A stretch of 64,000 nucleotides of DNA from Felis catus (Eukaryota). A program made the translations under genes and the position numbers. Shown here piece after piece: positions 26,150 through 39,409 of the stretch. Every line of letters begins with the position of its first letter. Positions within the stretch are counted from its first letter, which is position 1. The notes below the pieces were generated by a model. It saw only the letters and a list, made by a program, of their open reading frames with translations. It did not search any database and had not been told where the DNA came from. The stretch is from positions 119,786,001 to 119,850,000 of the forward strand of contig NC_058368.1 in the NCBI RefSeq assembly GCF_018350175.1, given 5' to 3'.

Positions 26150-26670
26150 TCCTAAGCAGATGAGAAGGCTACTGAACAGCTATTCTACCTGCCTGCCTAG
26201 CATTCATTTCCCTCTAATGGTAGTAGCACCCTGATACAGAATAACCATTTCCCTCAGAGTCTGTGTGCTTACACCTTTAACAGTCAAAGATGGACAGTCA
26301 ACCCAGCCCTGACTAATCAGCATATTTCATCCTCCTGGGAACTGTGATTGGTTTAGGATGGCCTATAATGTAAGTTGGTCCGATCAGAGCTGATCCTAAA
26401 CCTGTCTAGGATGATTGAGAAAGATGTACAGAAAACATGGGGCATAAACTTGGAGAAACACACTCATCTTGCCACCATGAAAGGGAAGTCTACTATCATA
26501 GAACAAAAAGTGGAGGGAGGCATGAGACCAATTCCTGATGACAGAATGTAAGTCCCTGAATCTAACCAAGTCTTAAATCACATACTATTGTTTTTGACTG
26601 TTATACAATCAAAATATTCTTTTTTCTTGTTTTATTTTTTTAAGCCATTGGTTTCTATCACTTGTAGCAA
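26150..26670 (+). mobile_element. Old MaLR LTR (MLT1-like)
   Basis: actgtgattggtttaggatggcc...ttggtccgatcaga...tttaagccattggtttctatcacttgtagc. Confidence 0.7.
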
Positions 26671-26825
26671 CAACAACAACAAAATTTTAAACATTTAAAA
26701 CACTTTTTGAAACTTAGTAGTTTCCAAGAATGGAAATGGGTTTGCACTGGGCACTGGGTCTTGCATAGGCCCTCTTGAATCTCTGTTGTGACCAGTAGAA
26801 CAGATTAGTTGGCCTGGGTTATAGG

Positions 26826-27140
26826 TAGGGTGACTATATAATTTTTATCTAAATCAAAATACTTTTTTTCTCTTATCTTCTTATTATGGAGAATCTTAAA
26901 TCTACATAACAAGTAAACAGAATAATATAATAAACGCCTATGAACCCATCACCAAGCTTTAACACCATCAATTCATTGACCAATTTTCCTTCTTTTGTAT
27001 CCCATAAAATCCTTCCATTTAGTTTTATTTTGAAGTGAGTCTTGGATATCATCATTTCATTGGATGAAATTTCAGGAAGGAAAAGGTGGGACAATTATGA
27101 CAGGATAGCAGGTGCAAACTAAAACTATTCCACAAAGATT
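26826..27140. mobile_element. MER94-like hAT element split by an L1 3' fragment (~26865-27070, - strand)
   Basis: agggtgactatataattt...gggacaattatgacaggatagcaggtgcaaac flank ttattatggagaatcttaaatctacata...gaacccatcaccaagctttaac. Confidence 0.6.
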
Positions 27141-27259
27141 GAGATTGATAGTATGGAATAGATTGAAAATACATGGATTAGGATCTGTAACCTTAGTACC
27201 GGACTCTTATCAGCTGAGATAATAGATCTAAGGGAGTGCTAAAAAGCCATGAGATCTTT

Positions 27260-27263
27260 TATA

Positions 27264-27311
<48 letters not shown>

Positions 27312-27335
27312 TATGTATATATGTATACACACGCG

Positions 27336-27404
<69 letters not shown>
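27260..27404. repeat. Compound (TA)n-(CA)n-(TA)n microsatellite
   Basis: Seen directly. Confidence 0.98.
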
Positions 27405-27406
<2 letters not shown>

Positions 27407-27409
27407 TAT

Positions 27410-28180
27410 TGAACACCATCTTAGTCTGTGTCCTCCAAGAAACAGGTACCAGAACAGGATAAAATGTGTAATAATTTCATTAGGGAAGCATCCCTATGAG
27501 AGAAAATGAGGAGGAAATCAGAAAAGGCTGGGAGTATAGTTGGGCTGTGGTACAAATCTGACCCCAAGGGAAGGAGAGAAGAAGGAAGTTTGGGTAGAAG
27601 TGTTCTGTTTTAGGCTATGCAAGACTCTCAGGGTATCCTCAGTCCAAAGCCAAATGTGAGAGAAATCCCCTAACTCCTAAGAATTGTCCACTTCTAGTAT
27701 GCCCACAGTACTTAGTCCTGGGCTCAGAGCAGCCCCTAGAAAGTGTGCTTGAGGTGTACAAACATAGTGTTAGTTTGTGCTGCTATAGAAAATTACCATA
27801 GAGTGGGTGGCTCATAAAAAACAGAAATTTTTTCCTCACAATTTGAGGGGGGTAATGAATCCAAGAGTAAGGACCAGCAGATTTCATGTCTGGTGAGAGC
27901 CTGCTTCCAGATCCATAGATGGCTATCTTCTTGCTGGGTCCTCACCTGGGGGAAGGGGTGAGGGAACTTTCTCAGGTCACTTTTATAAGGGGACTAATCC
28001 CATTTGAAAGGGTTCTTCTGCTCTCATGACCTAATTACATCCCAAAGACCCTACTTCCATATACCTTCATATTGGGGGATACAGAGACATTCACAGTGAT
28101 GAATTTCAGAACATGGCAATTGAGGCCTTTGGTCAGATTTCTCCCTGTAATTGGCACATTTTTATAGCCACTACACATAC
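27410..28180. mobile_element. Old MaLR LTR with a nested younger MLT1 LTR
   Basis: Outer: tcttagtctgtgtcctccaagaaacag...gagcagcccctagaaagtgtg, resuming at gtgatgaatttcagaac. Confidence 0.6.
27765..28095 (-). mobile_element. MaLR solo LTR (MLT1A-like)
   Basis: gctgctatagaaaattaccatagagtgggtggct...tgtctggtgagagcctgcttcc...ttttataaggggactaatccc. Confidence 0.85.
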
Positions 28181-28204
28181 TAAGACTTTCTTCTAAATAT
28201 TATC

Positions 28205-28460
28205 ACTGTAGTGTAGCATAGTGATTGAAGTGTGGACTTCGATCAGGGCAGCCCTATTAAAATCTTAGCTTATTGCTTAGAAGCTTTGTGGACGTGGGCA
28301 AATCACTTAACTTCAGTATGCCTTAAACCTGAAGTGGTAATAACAACAGCCCTTATATCATGGGCTTCATGAGAAGATCAAATGGGATAAACTATACATA
28401 GTGCTAAGCAGAGTACATGGCTTATAGCAAGTGCCCTGTATTTGTTAGTGATGAGAATGA
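28205..28460 (+). mobile_element. MIR SINE, near full length
   Basis: gtgtagcatagtgattgaag...gggcaaatcacttaacttc...gtgctaagcagagtacatggc. Confidence 0.8.
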
Positions 28461-28639
28461 TAATGATGATGATAGTAACAAACATGAAGACTTTATGAAT
28501 AGGCCTATTTAGAGGCCTGTAGTCATAGGTACTATTTTTAGAGACTGTAGCTGAACAAATGATCTGAAATGAGTCATTTTATACCACTTAGGAGTTTTGG
28601 CCCTAAGTCTTTCAGGTCTGTCTCATTTTCTTTTGTTAC

Positions 28640-29050
28640 ACGAAAGCCATCCTTCTCTATCCTATTCCTGAGCCTTTGTAACTCAGCATTCCTACTCTCT
28701 GGATCACTTTTCCCATTTCTCTCCTTTATCTCATTGCTTTGTAGTTATTTTTCTGATTTCAGTTTCAGAATAACTTAATCATGTTAAGACTACCCTGACT
28801 CTACAGTCTAATAAAGCTTCTTTTTTTAGTATACCTTCTAAGAATTGTGCTTATAAAATTGCATTCCTTTTATAGCTAGGGCTACTGTTAATGTGTAATT
28901 ACACATTTATTCATATGAATATTTAATCAGCGGTTGTCTTTGCCATGTGAGAGCAAGGACCATGTCTGATTTTGCTTACAATTTAAATCCAGTGCCTAGC
29001 ACAAAGCTAGCTTAGAACATACTCAAAATATTTGTTAACTAAATGAATAA
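28640..29050 (+). mobile_element. L2 3' fragment
   Basis: gagagcaaggaccatgtctgattttgc...ccagtgcctagcaca...ctcaaaatatttgttaactaaatgaata. Confidence 0.7.
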
Positions 29051-29229
29051 AGTGTATCTGCTTCTCAGAAATAATTGGGTCCTTGTCAGTTCAGTCTTTG
29101 TAGCCTATTCATAGGAGGCTGCCCATAAAATTAGCTTGGCAATATATTGGTATAAAAAAGAGGAGATAACTAACTAGGGCAAAGCACTCCATGTCCTACA
29201 TTAATTTCCTTTAATTTAATCTATTTTTG

Positions 29230-30540
29230 TTATTCATAGATGTTTATTTTGGTAAGAACACTTAATATCAGATCTATGTACCCTCTTAACAAAATTTTAA
29301 GTGCACAATACAGTACTGTTAACTATGGGCACATTGTTGTACAGCAGATCTCTAGAACTTACTCATCTTATATAACTGAAACTTTATAACTTTTGAGCAG
29401 TACCTACCCATTTTCCCTGGCTCCCAGGCCCTGGCAACTACCACTCACCTCTTTATGTCTATGAATTTGACTATTTTAGGTACTTAATATAAGTGGAATC
29501 ATGTAGTAGTTGTCCTTCTATGACTGGCTTATTTTTACTTATTAGGTGAAATAAGTGATACTGGTTCATCCATGATGGTGCATATGGCAGGATTTCCTTA
29601 TTTTTTAGGGGTGAATAATATCCTATTGTAATATATGTCTACTTTCTTTATCCATTCATCCACAGGTGGAAATTTACATTGTTTCTGTATCTTGGCTATT
29701 GTAAATAATTTTGCAATGAACAAGAAAGTACAGATATCTCTTTGAGATCCTGATTTCAGTTCTTTTGGAGATACCCTCAGAAATGGGATATTTGGGTCTA
29801 TTTTTAATTTTCTGAGGAACCTCCCTACTGTTTTGCAAAGTGGCTGCACCATTTTACATTCCAACAGTGCTCAAGCATTCTAATTCTTCATGTGCTCACC
29901 AACACTTGTTATCTTATGGGTTTTTGTTTTTGGTTTTTTTTTTTTTTTTTTGGTAATTGGTCATCCTAACAGGTATGAGGTGGTATCTCATGATTTTGAT
30001 TTGCATTTCCCTAATGATTAGTGATGTTGAGCACCTTTTCATGTACCTGTCAGCTATTTTGTGTGTCTTCTTTGGAGAAATGTCTCTTCAAGTCCTTTGC
30101 CTATTTTTAAAATCAAATTATTTTTTTTCTTTCTTTCTTTTTTTTTTTTTTTTTACTATTGAGTTGTAGGATTTCCTTATATATTTTGAATATGAATCCT
30201 TTATCAGATATATAGTTTTCAACTATTCTCTCCTGTTCTGTAGGTTAGCTATTCATTGTGTTGATTTTTTTTTTCTCTGCACAAGCTTTTTAGATTGACG
30301 TAGCCCCATTTGTCTATTTTTGCTTTCATTATCTGTGATTCCAAGTGTCACATCCAGGAAATCATGGTCACCATAGAAGTCATGAAGCTTTCCCCCTGTG
30401 TTTTCTTCTAGGATTTTCACAGTTTCAGATCTGATATTTAAGTCTTTAATACAGTTAAACTGATTTTGGTGTATGGTGTAAGATAAGGTTACAGTTTCAT
30501 GCTTTTACATGTGAGTGTTCGGTTTTCCCAACAGTATTAT
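29230..30540 (-). mobile_element. L1 (L1MA-like) 3' UTR plus ORF2 C-terminal remnant
   Basis: Minus-strand ORF MECKMVQPLCKTVGRFLRKLKID...DICTFLFIAKLFTIAK resembles the L1 ORF2 C-terminus; typical 3' UTR. Confidence 0.93.
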
Positions 30541-31390
30541 TTGTAGAAAACCTTAAAGACTCCACACAAAACTGTTAGAACTGATAAAGTTGCAGCATGC
30601 AGACACCATCATGCAAAAATCAGTTGTTTCTGCATGCTAACAGTGAACTCTGAAAAAAGGAAATTAAAAAAATAACTCTGATTTACAGTAGTATCAAAAA
30701 GGATGAAATACTTAGGAATACATTTAATAAGGAGGTGAAAGACTTGTACATTGAAAATAATAAAACGTTGGTGAAGGAAATTAAAGAAACCAAATAAATG
30801 AGAAGACATCCTGTATTTATGGATTAGAAGACTTAGTATATTGTTAAAATTTCTATACTACCCAAAACAATATACAAATCATTGCAATACCTATCAAAAC
30901 TCTAATGGCATTCTGAGACAAAACAGTCCTAAAATTCACATGGAACCACAAAAGACCCTAAATAGCTGAAACAATCTCGAGCAAGAACAAAGCTGCAGGC
31001 ATCATTTCAATGTCTTACAAAACTAAAGTAATTAGCGAATTAATTAGCTAGTATGGTGCTGACGGAAGAACAGACATAAAGACCAATGCAACAAAGAGCC
31101 CAGAAGTAAACCCATGTAATGCAATCAGTTGATCTTGAACAAGGGTGCCTAGAATACCCAGTGGGAAAAGTATAACGTCTCCAACAAATAGTGTTGGGAA
31201 AATTGGATATACATGCAAAAGAATAAATAGGATCCTTCTACCATACACAAAACCAATTCAAATCAAGTAAATACTTAAGGTCTGAAACTGTAAAACTTCT
31301 AGAAGAAAATGTAGGAGAAATTTTCATGACTTTGATCTTGGCCATTGTTTCTTGAATATGACACCAAAAGCAGAAGCAACAAAAATATAC
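30541..31390 (+). mobile_element. L1 ORF2 remnant, inverted relative to the adjacent piece
   Basis: tagaaaaccttaaagactccac...aaatacttaggaatacattt...aaattcacatggaaccacaaaagaccc...atgacaccaaaagcagaagcaacaaaa; disrupted reading frame. Confidence 0.93.
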
Positions 31391-31539
31391 CAGTAGGATT
31401 CCATGGCCTATTTTACCATGACTCAGAGCAGTCTTGCATGAGGATCCATAGGGTAGATGAGAAGTTGGTGAGAGAAACATTATTGTCAGATGCAATTAGG
31501 GATTCATATTACTCATATATTTTCTCTGTTCATGGTGAA

Positions 31540-31718
31540 CTCTTCTCCCAGTGCTCAAAATTTCGTGTTTGAGAAGTACCTGGGTAGTTTGTTTAAATAA
31601 GAATATCCCCAGGCTCCTCTACAGAGAGATTCAGACTTAGTAGGTTTATGATAGAGCCCCTGATTTGCATATTTATAAAATGGATTCTGATGATCATACA
31701 GATTTAGGAATCACTGTC
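31540..31718. mobile_element. MER5A-like hAT MITE
   Basis: ctcaaaatttcgtgtttgagaagtacctggg...gattcagacttagtagg...tttaggaatcactg. Confidence 0.7.
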
Positions 31719-32888
31719 CTGCATTCTACTAATGATTCAGGACTACTGACAATGGCACAGCTTTGGCCAGAACCTGATAAGTTTTTTCCTCTCCACAATG
31801 ATGACTCTCAAATATTTTGAACTATTTTGAGGAGTTAAGATCTTCATGGAACCTTCCCCATTAAAAAGTCCTTGCCATGCTGTGTCATAATTGCCTCTTG
31901 ACTTGCCCATTTCCCCTTTTCCCTTGACTGTGAGGACCATGAACTTAGGAACTATTCATTGCCAAATCTGCAGTGTCTAGAATAATGCTTGACACATGGT
32001 AGGCATTCAGTAAATGCTTGTTCTGTAAATAAAATAATTCATGTAGAGACTTTGCAACATATGGATCATTTTATGTGTATTCCATTTCGTTTTCATCAAG
32101 AAACCTACCAGAAAGGGATTAATAGTTAATCATAATAAGATACTCAATTAAAAGTTGGTTTTAATATGGTTATTTTAATGCTCTGGTAAAATGTCCTGTT
32201 TTTTTTTTCATAGAACTGAGGCCATTCATAAAGGCAACTGTATTTTATAAAATGTTTTGCAGTTGTTAAAAGGAAGACACCAAATGGTACAAATATGTGA
32301 CTATTTTTTTCTCTTCGGTTACCATGGGATACCTCCCTTCAGAAACACTCTAAGATAGATGCTCATGTCTGTGACAATAAGGTCCATGAAGTAAATTGAC
32401 TTTGAGAGAGTAACAGTAAATACAGAATACCAATGTGATCAGAGTTGATGGATGTCAGAGCCAGCTAGGAAAAAATAGAAAATAATTATCTGATAGAGGA
32501 AAAACACATGTATCTGTAGTGTAATTTTTTTTAATGTTTATAGCCTTTGCTATCAAGTATACTACTTTGTGATGAGTTGAAATATTTTGCCATCCATTTT
32601 GTCAAACTCCACTCAATATATGCAACTCAATGTATTAAAATGGAAATGGAAACACTTGTGTCACAGATCAAATTGACCTTATAACTAATCGTGCCTCCTA
32701 ATTTCAATACCTCCCACTAGTCTCCTCTTGATTGTGGATCACAGGAAGGAGATTTTTATGGCTGCTTCTCAGCCTGACTTTCACCTGGTTTGAAAATCAG
32801 TTGGAATTCGCTCAAAAAACTGAGGGAAAAAGTTCTGTTTATTTGCTTCCAAGGCTCACCTCTTTGTCTTTTGGAGAATAGTTCTGGG

Positions 32889-33047
32889 TTTATTTATTTT
32901 GAGAGAAAGAGAGGGCAAGTGGGAAAGGAGCAGAGAGGGAGACAGAATCCCAACAATGCGGAGCCTGACTTGGAGCTTGAACTCATGAACCCTGAGATCA
33001 TGACCTGAGCCCAAGTCAAGAGTCGGATGCTTAACAGACTGAGCCAC
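32889..33047 (-). mobile_element. Can-SINE (partial)
   Basis: tgagatcatgacctgagcccaagtcaagagtcggatgcttaacagactgagccac. Confidence 0.92.
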
Positions 33048-33769
33048 AAACAAACACAACAACAACAACAAATTTAAATATTTAACTTCAGTCATAATAC
33101 ATTCTACAAAACAAATAAGTTGTTCTCATAACCAAACGCTTTCCTCTTCCCAAGTATAATGTTATGGCCAGCCCTTGAAACTTTTGAAGTGCTTAGGATA
33201 TCGTTACATTCAATATTGTTTGGGAGTTCTGAGGGAGTTCAGGAGGTTTGAGGAAAATGGGGCATAACAGAATAAGGGAATTAAACCATCCAATTTGAGT
33301 TTATTTATGGAAGCCCAAGTTTTAGAACCAGCAACTATGGTGACAGTTTTGTCAGGGGTGGAGATTATGCCTCTAGGGCCAGTGTGACATTGTTTCCTCA
33401 GACTGAAGTGTACAGTCATTTCTAAATCTGCATAACATTGGTGACCAGCTAAGAGCATGTGTTCTAATGACGTTGGAATTTGGAAGCTATTTGTTTCCAA
33501 TGAACCCTTGCCAAGAGTAACATATACCTACTTGGTTAAAGTTTAGTAGTTCCCCTCTTCTAGAATAGGTTTGTGCCTTTGTGCCTGCTCCTCCAAATAT
33601 AAGGCTGGTTCTCTTTTCAACTGTTAACATTTTTTGGATAGCTTTGTTGGGCGTCCCTGTTTCTTTTCCATTAGAATTCAAGAATGCTTCCTTGTGTTTC
33701 CATGGCATCCACCGTCGAGCTATGTACACTTGCCACACTGTTTTTAAATAATTTAATTAATTATAAATA

Positions 33770-34300
33770 ATTAATTGTATCCTTACCACAATCCCTTTTT
33801 CTACAGATAATCATTGTTAAGTTTCTTGTGTCTCTGTCCATAAAAACGAAATTTTGTATATTGATGATATCACATGTAACTAAATATAAAGATGGATTTT
33901 TAAAAATCACACAAAAAGATAATATTTCAGGCGATCTTTCTCACTCTCCTTTTTATTTACTGTATTTTGGATATGTTTCTGGTAACACCTGTAGGTCTGC
34001 CACATTCTTTTTACAGCTGCCTACTGATTCTGTTTTATGGATGTTTTATAGTTTATAATTGCTCAGGCTCCCAATTAGAATAATTTTGATTATTTACCTT
34101 CTTTCTTCCTTTTTTTTTTTTTTTTATATAAGCCCTGCCATGAAAAAATCGTGCCTTGTGAACTTTTGTGAATATGTCTTCAGGTTTCATCCCAGTGAGA
34201 TTTCAGGGTCAGAGGGCCTGTGTGTATTGACTCCTGGTGGATTGACTGTACTGTAAAGTTTGATATCAGTTAGTGTCACACTGTATCAGCATCACATTAC
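33770..34300 (-). mobile_element. Old L1 (L1ME-like) fragment
   Basis: cagataatcattgttaagtttcttgtg...cattctttttacagctgcctac...cccagtgagatttcagggtcagaggg. Confidence 0.55.
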
Positions 34301-35090
34301 ATATAAAAATTGGTTTACTTTTCTTTCTTGCCACCTAGAAGGTGTGAAGATTGGCATAGGGTGGTGCATTTTTTCTCTTGTTTCCTGAAGCATCTAGCAT
34401 AGTGCTCCATGAACATGAGCAGGACGAAGAAATGATGAATGAAAAGTTCTGCCCGTATTTTAGGTTGGGCTAACACCGTGGAATTCTGTCGGAGGTAATA
34501 CCAAAGTCACACGTTAATGTGACACTGAGACAGATTTGATGGTTCATGGAAAGGTATGAATGTGGTTGTGAATTCACCAGGCAGTTGTATGCAACCTCCT
34601 CATTAATCTTATTTCGAGGCCCAGGAAGAGGAAGGAGGGATGGTTCCAGAGTCAATCTGTATATCTTTTCTTTCAGAGTGGACCATCCTCAAGGGTCAGC
34701 AGACATACTTCCTGGTGATAGGGGTGCGTGATGTGAACAGGGAGGGAGGGGTGAACACTCTTTTCTTTGCCCCAAGCAGTGAGTATGTACTTCTGCCTGA
34801 TGAAGTGCTGAAACATTAGTTTCCTCATGTCCTATACATGATGCACGTGAACACTATATATGGATTCCAAGGGCCTAACAGATAAACTCTAAACTCTGCA
34901 GTGCGACCATCCACACCCTCCAATATTTGGCTTCAAGTGTGTGTCCTGCTACTCTTGGTAGCTGGAGACCTGTGGACTCTGCCAGGCTCTTTTTGGGGAT
35001 CATTCTATCCTCTTCATTGCGAAAAGAGTTTACCTGTTTCTGAATCTTAGGGCTGTAAGAGCCTTTGCTACTGCCCCTCGCGCCCTTCCC

Positions 35091-35382
35091 TTTTTTTTTT
35101 TTTTTTTGATTTTTTTTTTTTAAGTTTATTCATTTTTGAGACAGAGACAGAGCATGAACGGGGGAGGGTCAGAGAGAGAGGGAGACCCCTTTTTTAATGT
35201 TCATTATTATTTTAGAGAAAGAGAAGGGGAGAGGAGCAGAGAGAGAGGGAGGCAGGGAATCCCAAGCAGGCTCTGTGCAGTCAGTACAGAGCCCGAAGCA
35301 GGGCCCCGACTCACGAGTTGTAAGATCATGACCTGAGCCACACCAAGAGTCTGAGGCTCAACCGACTGAGCCACCCAGGTGT
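35091..35382 (-). mobile_element. Composite Can-SINE: 5'-truncated copy (35091-35189) inserted at the tail of a full copy (35190-35382)
   Basis: Two successive polyT/tttatt tails; ccctttttt precedes both. Confidence 0.88.
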
Positions 35383-38140
35383 ACTTCCCCGTCATCTGAT
35401 TTCTTGTCTGATTCATTGATGCCAGTCGTCCTTAGTTCACACTGGCTGTCGCAGTGATGTTTAATCCATACCCAGTTTTTTAGTGAATGAACTGTAAATA
35501 TGCCACCCATTTATATTCCAGCCTAGAGACTCAAAGCAATTTTTAAAACCTCCAGTGCTTTCCAAGGCACATTTATTTTGAAATAATAAAATCCCCTCCT
35601 CCTGGGGGGAGGCAAGGTGAATCTTAGAGGTACTTACTTTTGCCTGCCTCTCCACCAGGCTGATGCCTATTTGGCTGATTAGCCGAGCCTGGCTCAGTAC
35701 AGCTTTAATGAATGTCTTAGATTACCCAGCGACTTTGAGCTTTAATTTTTATTAGCTCGGTTCATTCAGAGAGCACCTCTGTGCCCCCGTAGTCTTCAGG
35801 ATACCTCCTCTCTACAGGCTGATAGGATTTATGGCCCAAGGGTTGGAAAAGCATAAAGATGAGATGGTCCTCCTGAGAGGTTTGTCTCTTCAGGTTAGTG
35901 TTCATGCAGAAGTCAGATTTACCCACTAGATCCCAGAACCATAAAAAGTAAATCCACAGCAGAGTGCTAAAAGATGACTCTTGTTCAGAGCCATTGCAGC
36001 ATCTAAAACTGACACCGCAGTTCAGTTGAAAACATTTTATTGGCCCTCTTGGGTTTTACTACAGAAAATCGCAAAACTCCACTATGCACCAAAACAGCAA
36101 CAGATTTTGTTGGTGGCCTTGAATCAATCTGTTAGATGTATTTGAAGGAATGTGGATATTAGTGAAGTTGGATAGGAATTTTCAGGTGGTGCCAAGAAAC
36201 AAGCTTCTACAAATAAACAATCAGTCAAATAAATAAACACACAGACATAAGTATTTGCATAGGCCTCACAAATTTGTAAAATATTTTTGCATATATCATA
36301 TGTTCAATCCCCTAACCCTAGGAAGGGGCAGGTGTAACTCATATAGTTATTCTCTTTTAGAGATGAGGGCATATGTAGTTCAGAGAAGTTGAGGGATGTG
36401 AGGTTGAGATTTTCATGAGTGGCTTTGTTGTCTCTGGTGTGTGTTATACCCCATGGCTTCAAAAATTACCAGCAGAGCTATAGTGGCTTCAAATCTAATC
36501 TTCAAGTCAAATGTACCAAGTCCAAAGAATCAGCATCTCAAGTGAAAAATAAAGCCACAGTTGAGGTATTCAGTTTACTGGAATAGGGTGACTAATCTAC
36601 AGGGATAGTTCAATGTCTTAAAAATAAAGACATCTAGGGTTTTATTTACTTGGATTTTAAAAACAATTTGATTACTACAGGATTACTCAAGTATTGCTTC
36701 ATTTATTCATTTAAAATTTGCTGAGTATTTTCTGTGTACTCGCCATTGAACTGTAGTAGATATGTAAATGAATAACCTAATTTCTACTCTTAAGAACAAT
36801 AACAGTATTGGATAATATTTCCTGATGTTAGCTTATGATATGTCAGGTAAAGTGCCAGTCACTTAAGATACATTATAACATTTATTCACAACAGCCTTTT
36901 ATGATATAAGTTCCCTTATTGTCTCATTTTTTAGAGAAGGTAATTGAGGCTTACCTCCAATGTAAACAGTATGTGGGAGAATGGAATTTAATTCAAAGGC
37001 TGGTGTGATAGAAACCCATACTTTTTAGCCTCTCTGTAACTCTTTCTCCCCATGCTCTGATCCCTGGCTCATGGTCTGGAGTAGACAGACACAGGAACAG
37101 AAAACTTAGCAGTGAACTGAGGGGAGTTCACTAGCAAAGAAATGAGTGAAGTGTTGTGGGAACATAAAGTAAGGAAAATCATAGAGGGCTCACTTTAGTA
37201 GATGGAACTTAACTTGGGTCTGAAAATAGCCATAAAAGTGTTGTAGACAAAGAAGGAGAAAGGACATTCTAGGAAGAGAGGAAAACATGTGCAAAAACAT
37301 GGAATCACATTTAAGGGTTTCTTCTTTGGGTTGCTTGGAGAGTTTTTTGAATCCTCATAGGGTTCATGGTACTGTTTGAGTTGCTTGAGGTCCTGCATGA
37401 TGGTCCTGTCATTACTGTTACTTCAAGCTCAAATGAGCTCCTCAAACTTTTACAGAAGTTAGGGCCCAGAGAATAACACCATCACTGGACTAGTTTCAGG
37501 AGTGCACAGCAAAATGGATTTTAGTGCAGATAAATGTCAACAAATTGGCCTTTAGCTGCCCTCCTCAACATGGTGATTGCTATTTAAATATGCGAAAAGA
37601 TTTCACGTCTTCATCTAATCTCATAGGAGACAATAGCGAGCATATAATTACCCAGGGGCAAAATGAGTGAGTGTTGTCAGCTGTCAAACAATATGTTATC
37701 CTAGTTCTGATGTATCCTTAAAGGTGGTGGGGCTGAGGCAGTGGTGGTGGTGGGTGGGGGGAGTCTGTCCATTTCTCTTGAAGACCTTGGGTTCTCTTAT
37801 TTGAAGGTACAATGTGACTTCACTCATCAGTGTTGATTTCATATCAGTAAGAGTCTGACAAAATCATAACAGCATCCTCGGAGTACCTTCTGTTCTTAAG
37901 GAACACCAGGGAAGTCCTAGAGTTAACTGGAAATAGAAGACCCATGGAGTGTGCTTATCCATAAAGATGCTTTGGTGGAGTTGAATTCAACTTAATTTCA
38001 AACTGAAAGTTTCATCATGTTAAGTTCTGTATAGGAAGCAAGTAAGAAAGCTCTGCTCTACCTTTTAAAGAATAGTCTCTATGCTCAGAGCATACATAAT
38101 TGTCCTGATCACTAAGAGTATAGGAAGATGCCAAGAATTC

Positions 38141-38337
38141 TTTTTTTCTTTAAGTTCATTCATTTATTTCGAGAGACACAGAGAGAGTGCAAGCGGGGTA
38201 GGGGCAGACAGAGAGGGAGAATTCCAAGCAGGCTCCCTGCAGTCCGTGCAGAGCCCGATGTGGGGCATGAACTCACAAAACTATGAAATCAGAACTTGAG
38301 CTGAAATCAGGAGTTGGACTGTGTCACCCAGGCACCC
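38141..38337 (-). mobile_element. Can-SINE
   Basis: gaattccaagcaggctcc...gagcccgatgtggggcatgaactcac...cacccaggcaccc; TSD-like ccaagaattctt / ccaggaactctt. Confidence 0.92.
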
Positions 38338-39409
38338 AAGCTACCAGGAACTCTTAAAGGAAGCCCATGTATATTAAAAAATAAAAGAGAGGGTGCTTTG
38401 GTAAAACAGCAGGTTGAATGAATACACAGGTTTATTTTTCCTTCTGATCCCTAGTACGTACCTCTGAAGTGACAAAAGAGGAATAAAATGTCATAAAACT
38501 ACAAGGACAAAGACAGCACTCTAGAATATGGTACCAGATGTACAATGTCAACAACACTTTGCAAGTTAGAAGGTGGATGGGCAGGTGATGGTAACTGTCT
38601 TAGGAGGGAGTAGAAAGCTGAACCTGCATGGAGGGGAAAGACAAGAACAGGCTGAGCCTATGAGCCTGACAAGGCCCCAGGAGACCGGAGATCCCAAGTC
38701 ACTGAAGATGTCAGAAGGAAGGATGGCCAACAGTGGTGTCCTCTGAAAGCCTGTGTAAGGAGCAGTGAGGCTACCCAGTCAGCCACCCACCTTATACAGC
38801 CAGTAGCCCACCCTCCCTGACCTGGCAGGAACAGCAAGGGTTTTCTTCAAATATCTGAACCAGGGAGGCTTTCGACTCAGAGACGATAACCCAGGAAGGG
38901 CAGTGCTGAAGTACTTCCCTGAAAATAGGGGGTTAGGTTAAAATCTACACATGGATTCAGAAAACCCTCAGTTTCTGTCCTCTGCATATTTCCCTGAACT
39001 CTGAATAGTTCAGCAAGAAACTGGAGTATTGCTCGCTACAGAAACTGATATGCCCAGCAAGGAGTGGGGAGACACTGATAAAACTAACACAACATTCCCC
39101 CAAAGAAACAGCCAAATCTTGGATCATGCTACTGTAAAACCTGTAAGTAAGTGTGTTATGATGCTATTGGCCCCTTTTTCCCCCAAAACAACATGAATTT
39201 TAAAAGTAATTACATTATACATACTTTAGGATTTTTAGGATGAGATTATTAATACCAGAACATTTCAGTAATCCATTCCAGAGCATTGGAATCTCTAGGT
39301 GTTTGTGCAAAAGGAGCTTCTACTGATGAGTTCCCCAAAGGCTCTTGAGAAGTAATATGTATTTGCTACTGTAAGGTGGATTTTCTTCTGTTCTTCCCAC
39401 TTAGTCCTT

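Noticed and set aside
26122..26168. Minus-strand pseudo-microexon (ttag...CAG|GTAAGT)
   Set aside because: 22 nt, abuts an LTR remnant, and is opposite to the inferred transcription direction; shows how easily such motifs arise by chance.
29598..29864. ORF resembling a protein C-terminus
   Set aside because: Decayed L1 ORF2 remnant, not a host gene.
38390..39150. Possible promoter-like unique sequence
   Set aside because: Not CpG-island-like; more likely a decayed old L1 5' region that I cannot classify confidently.
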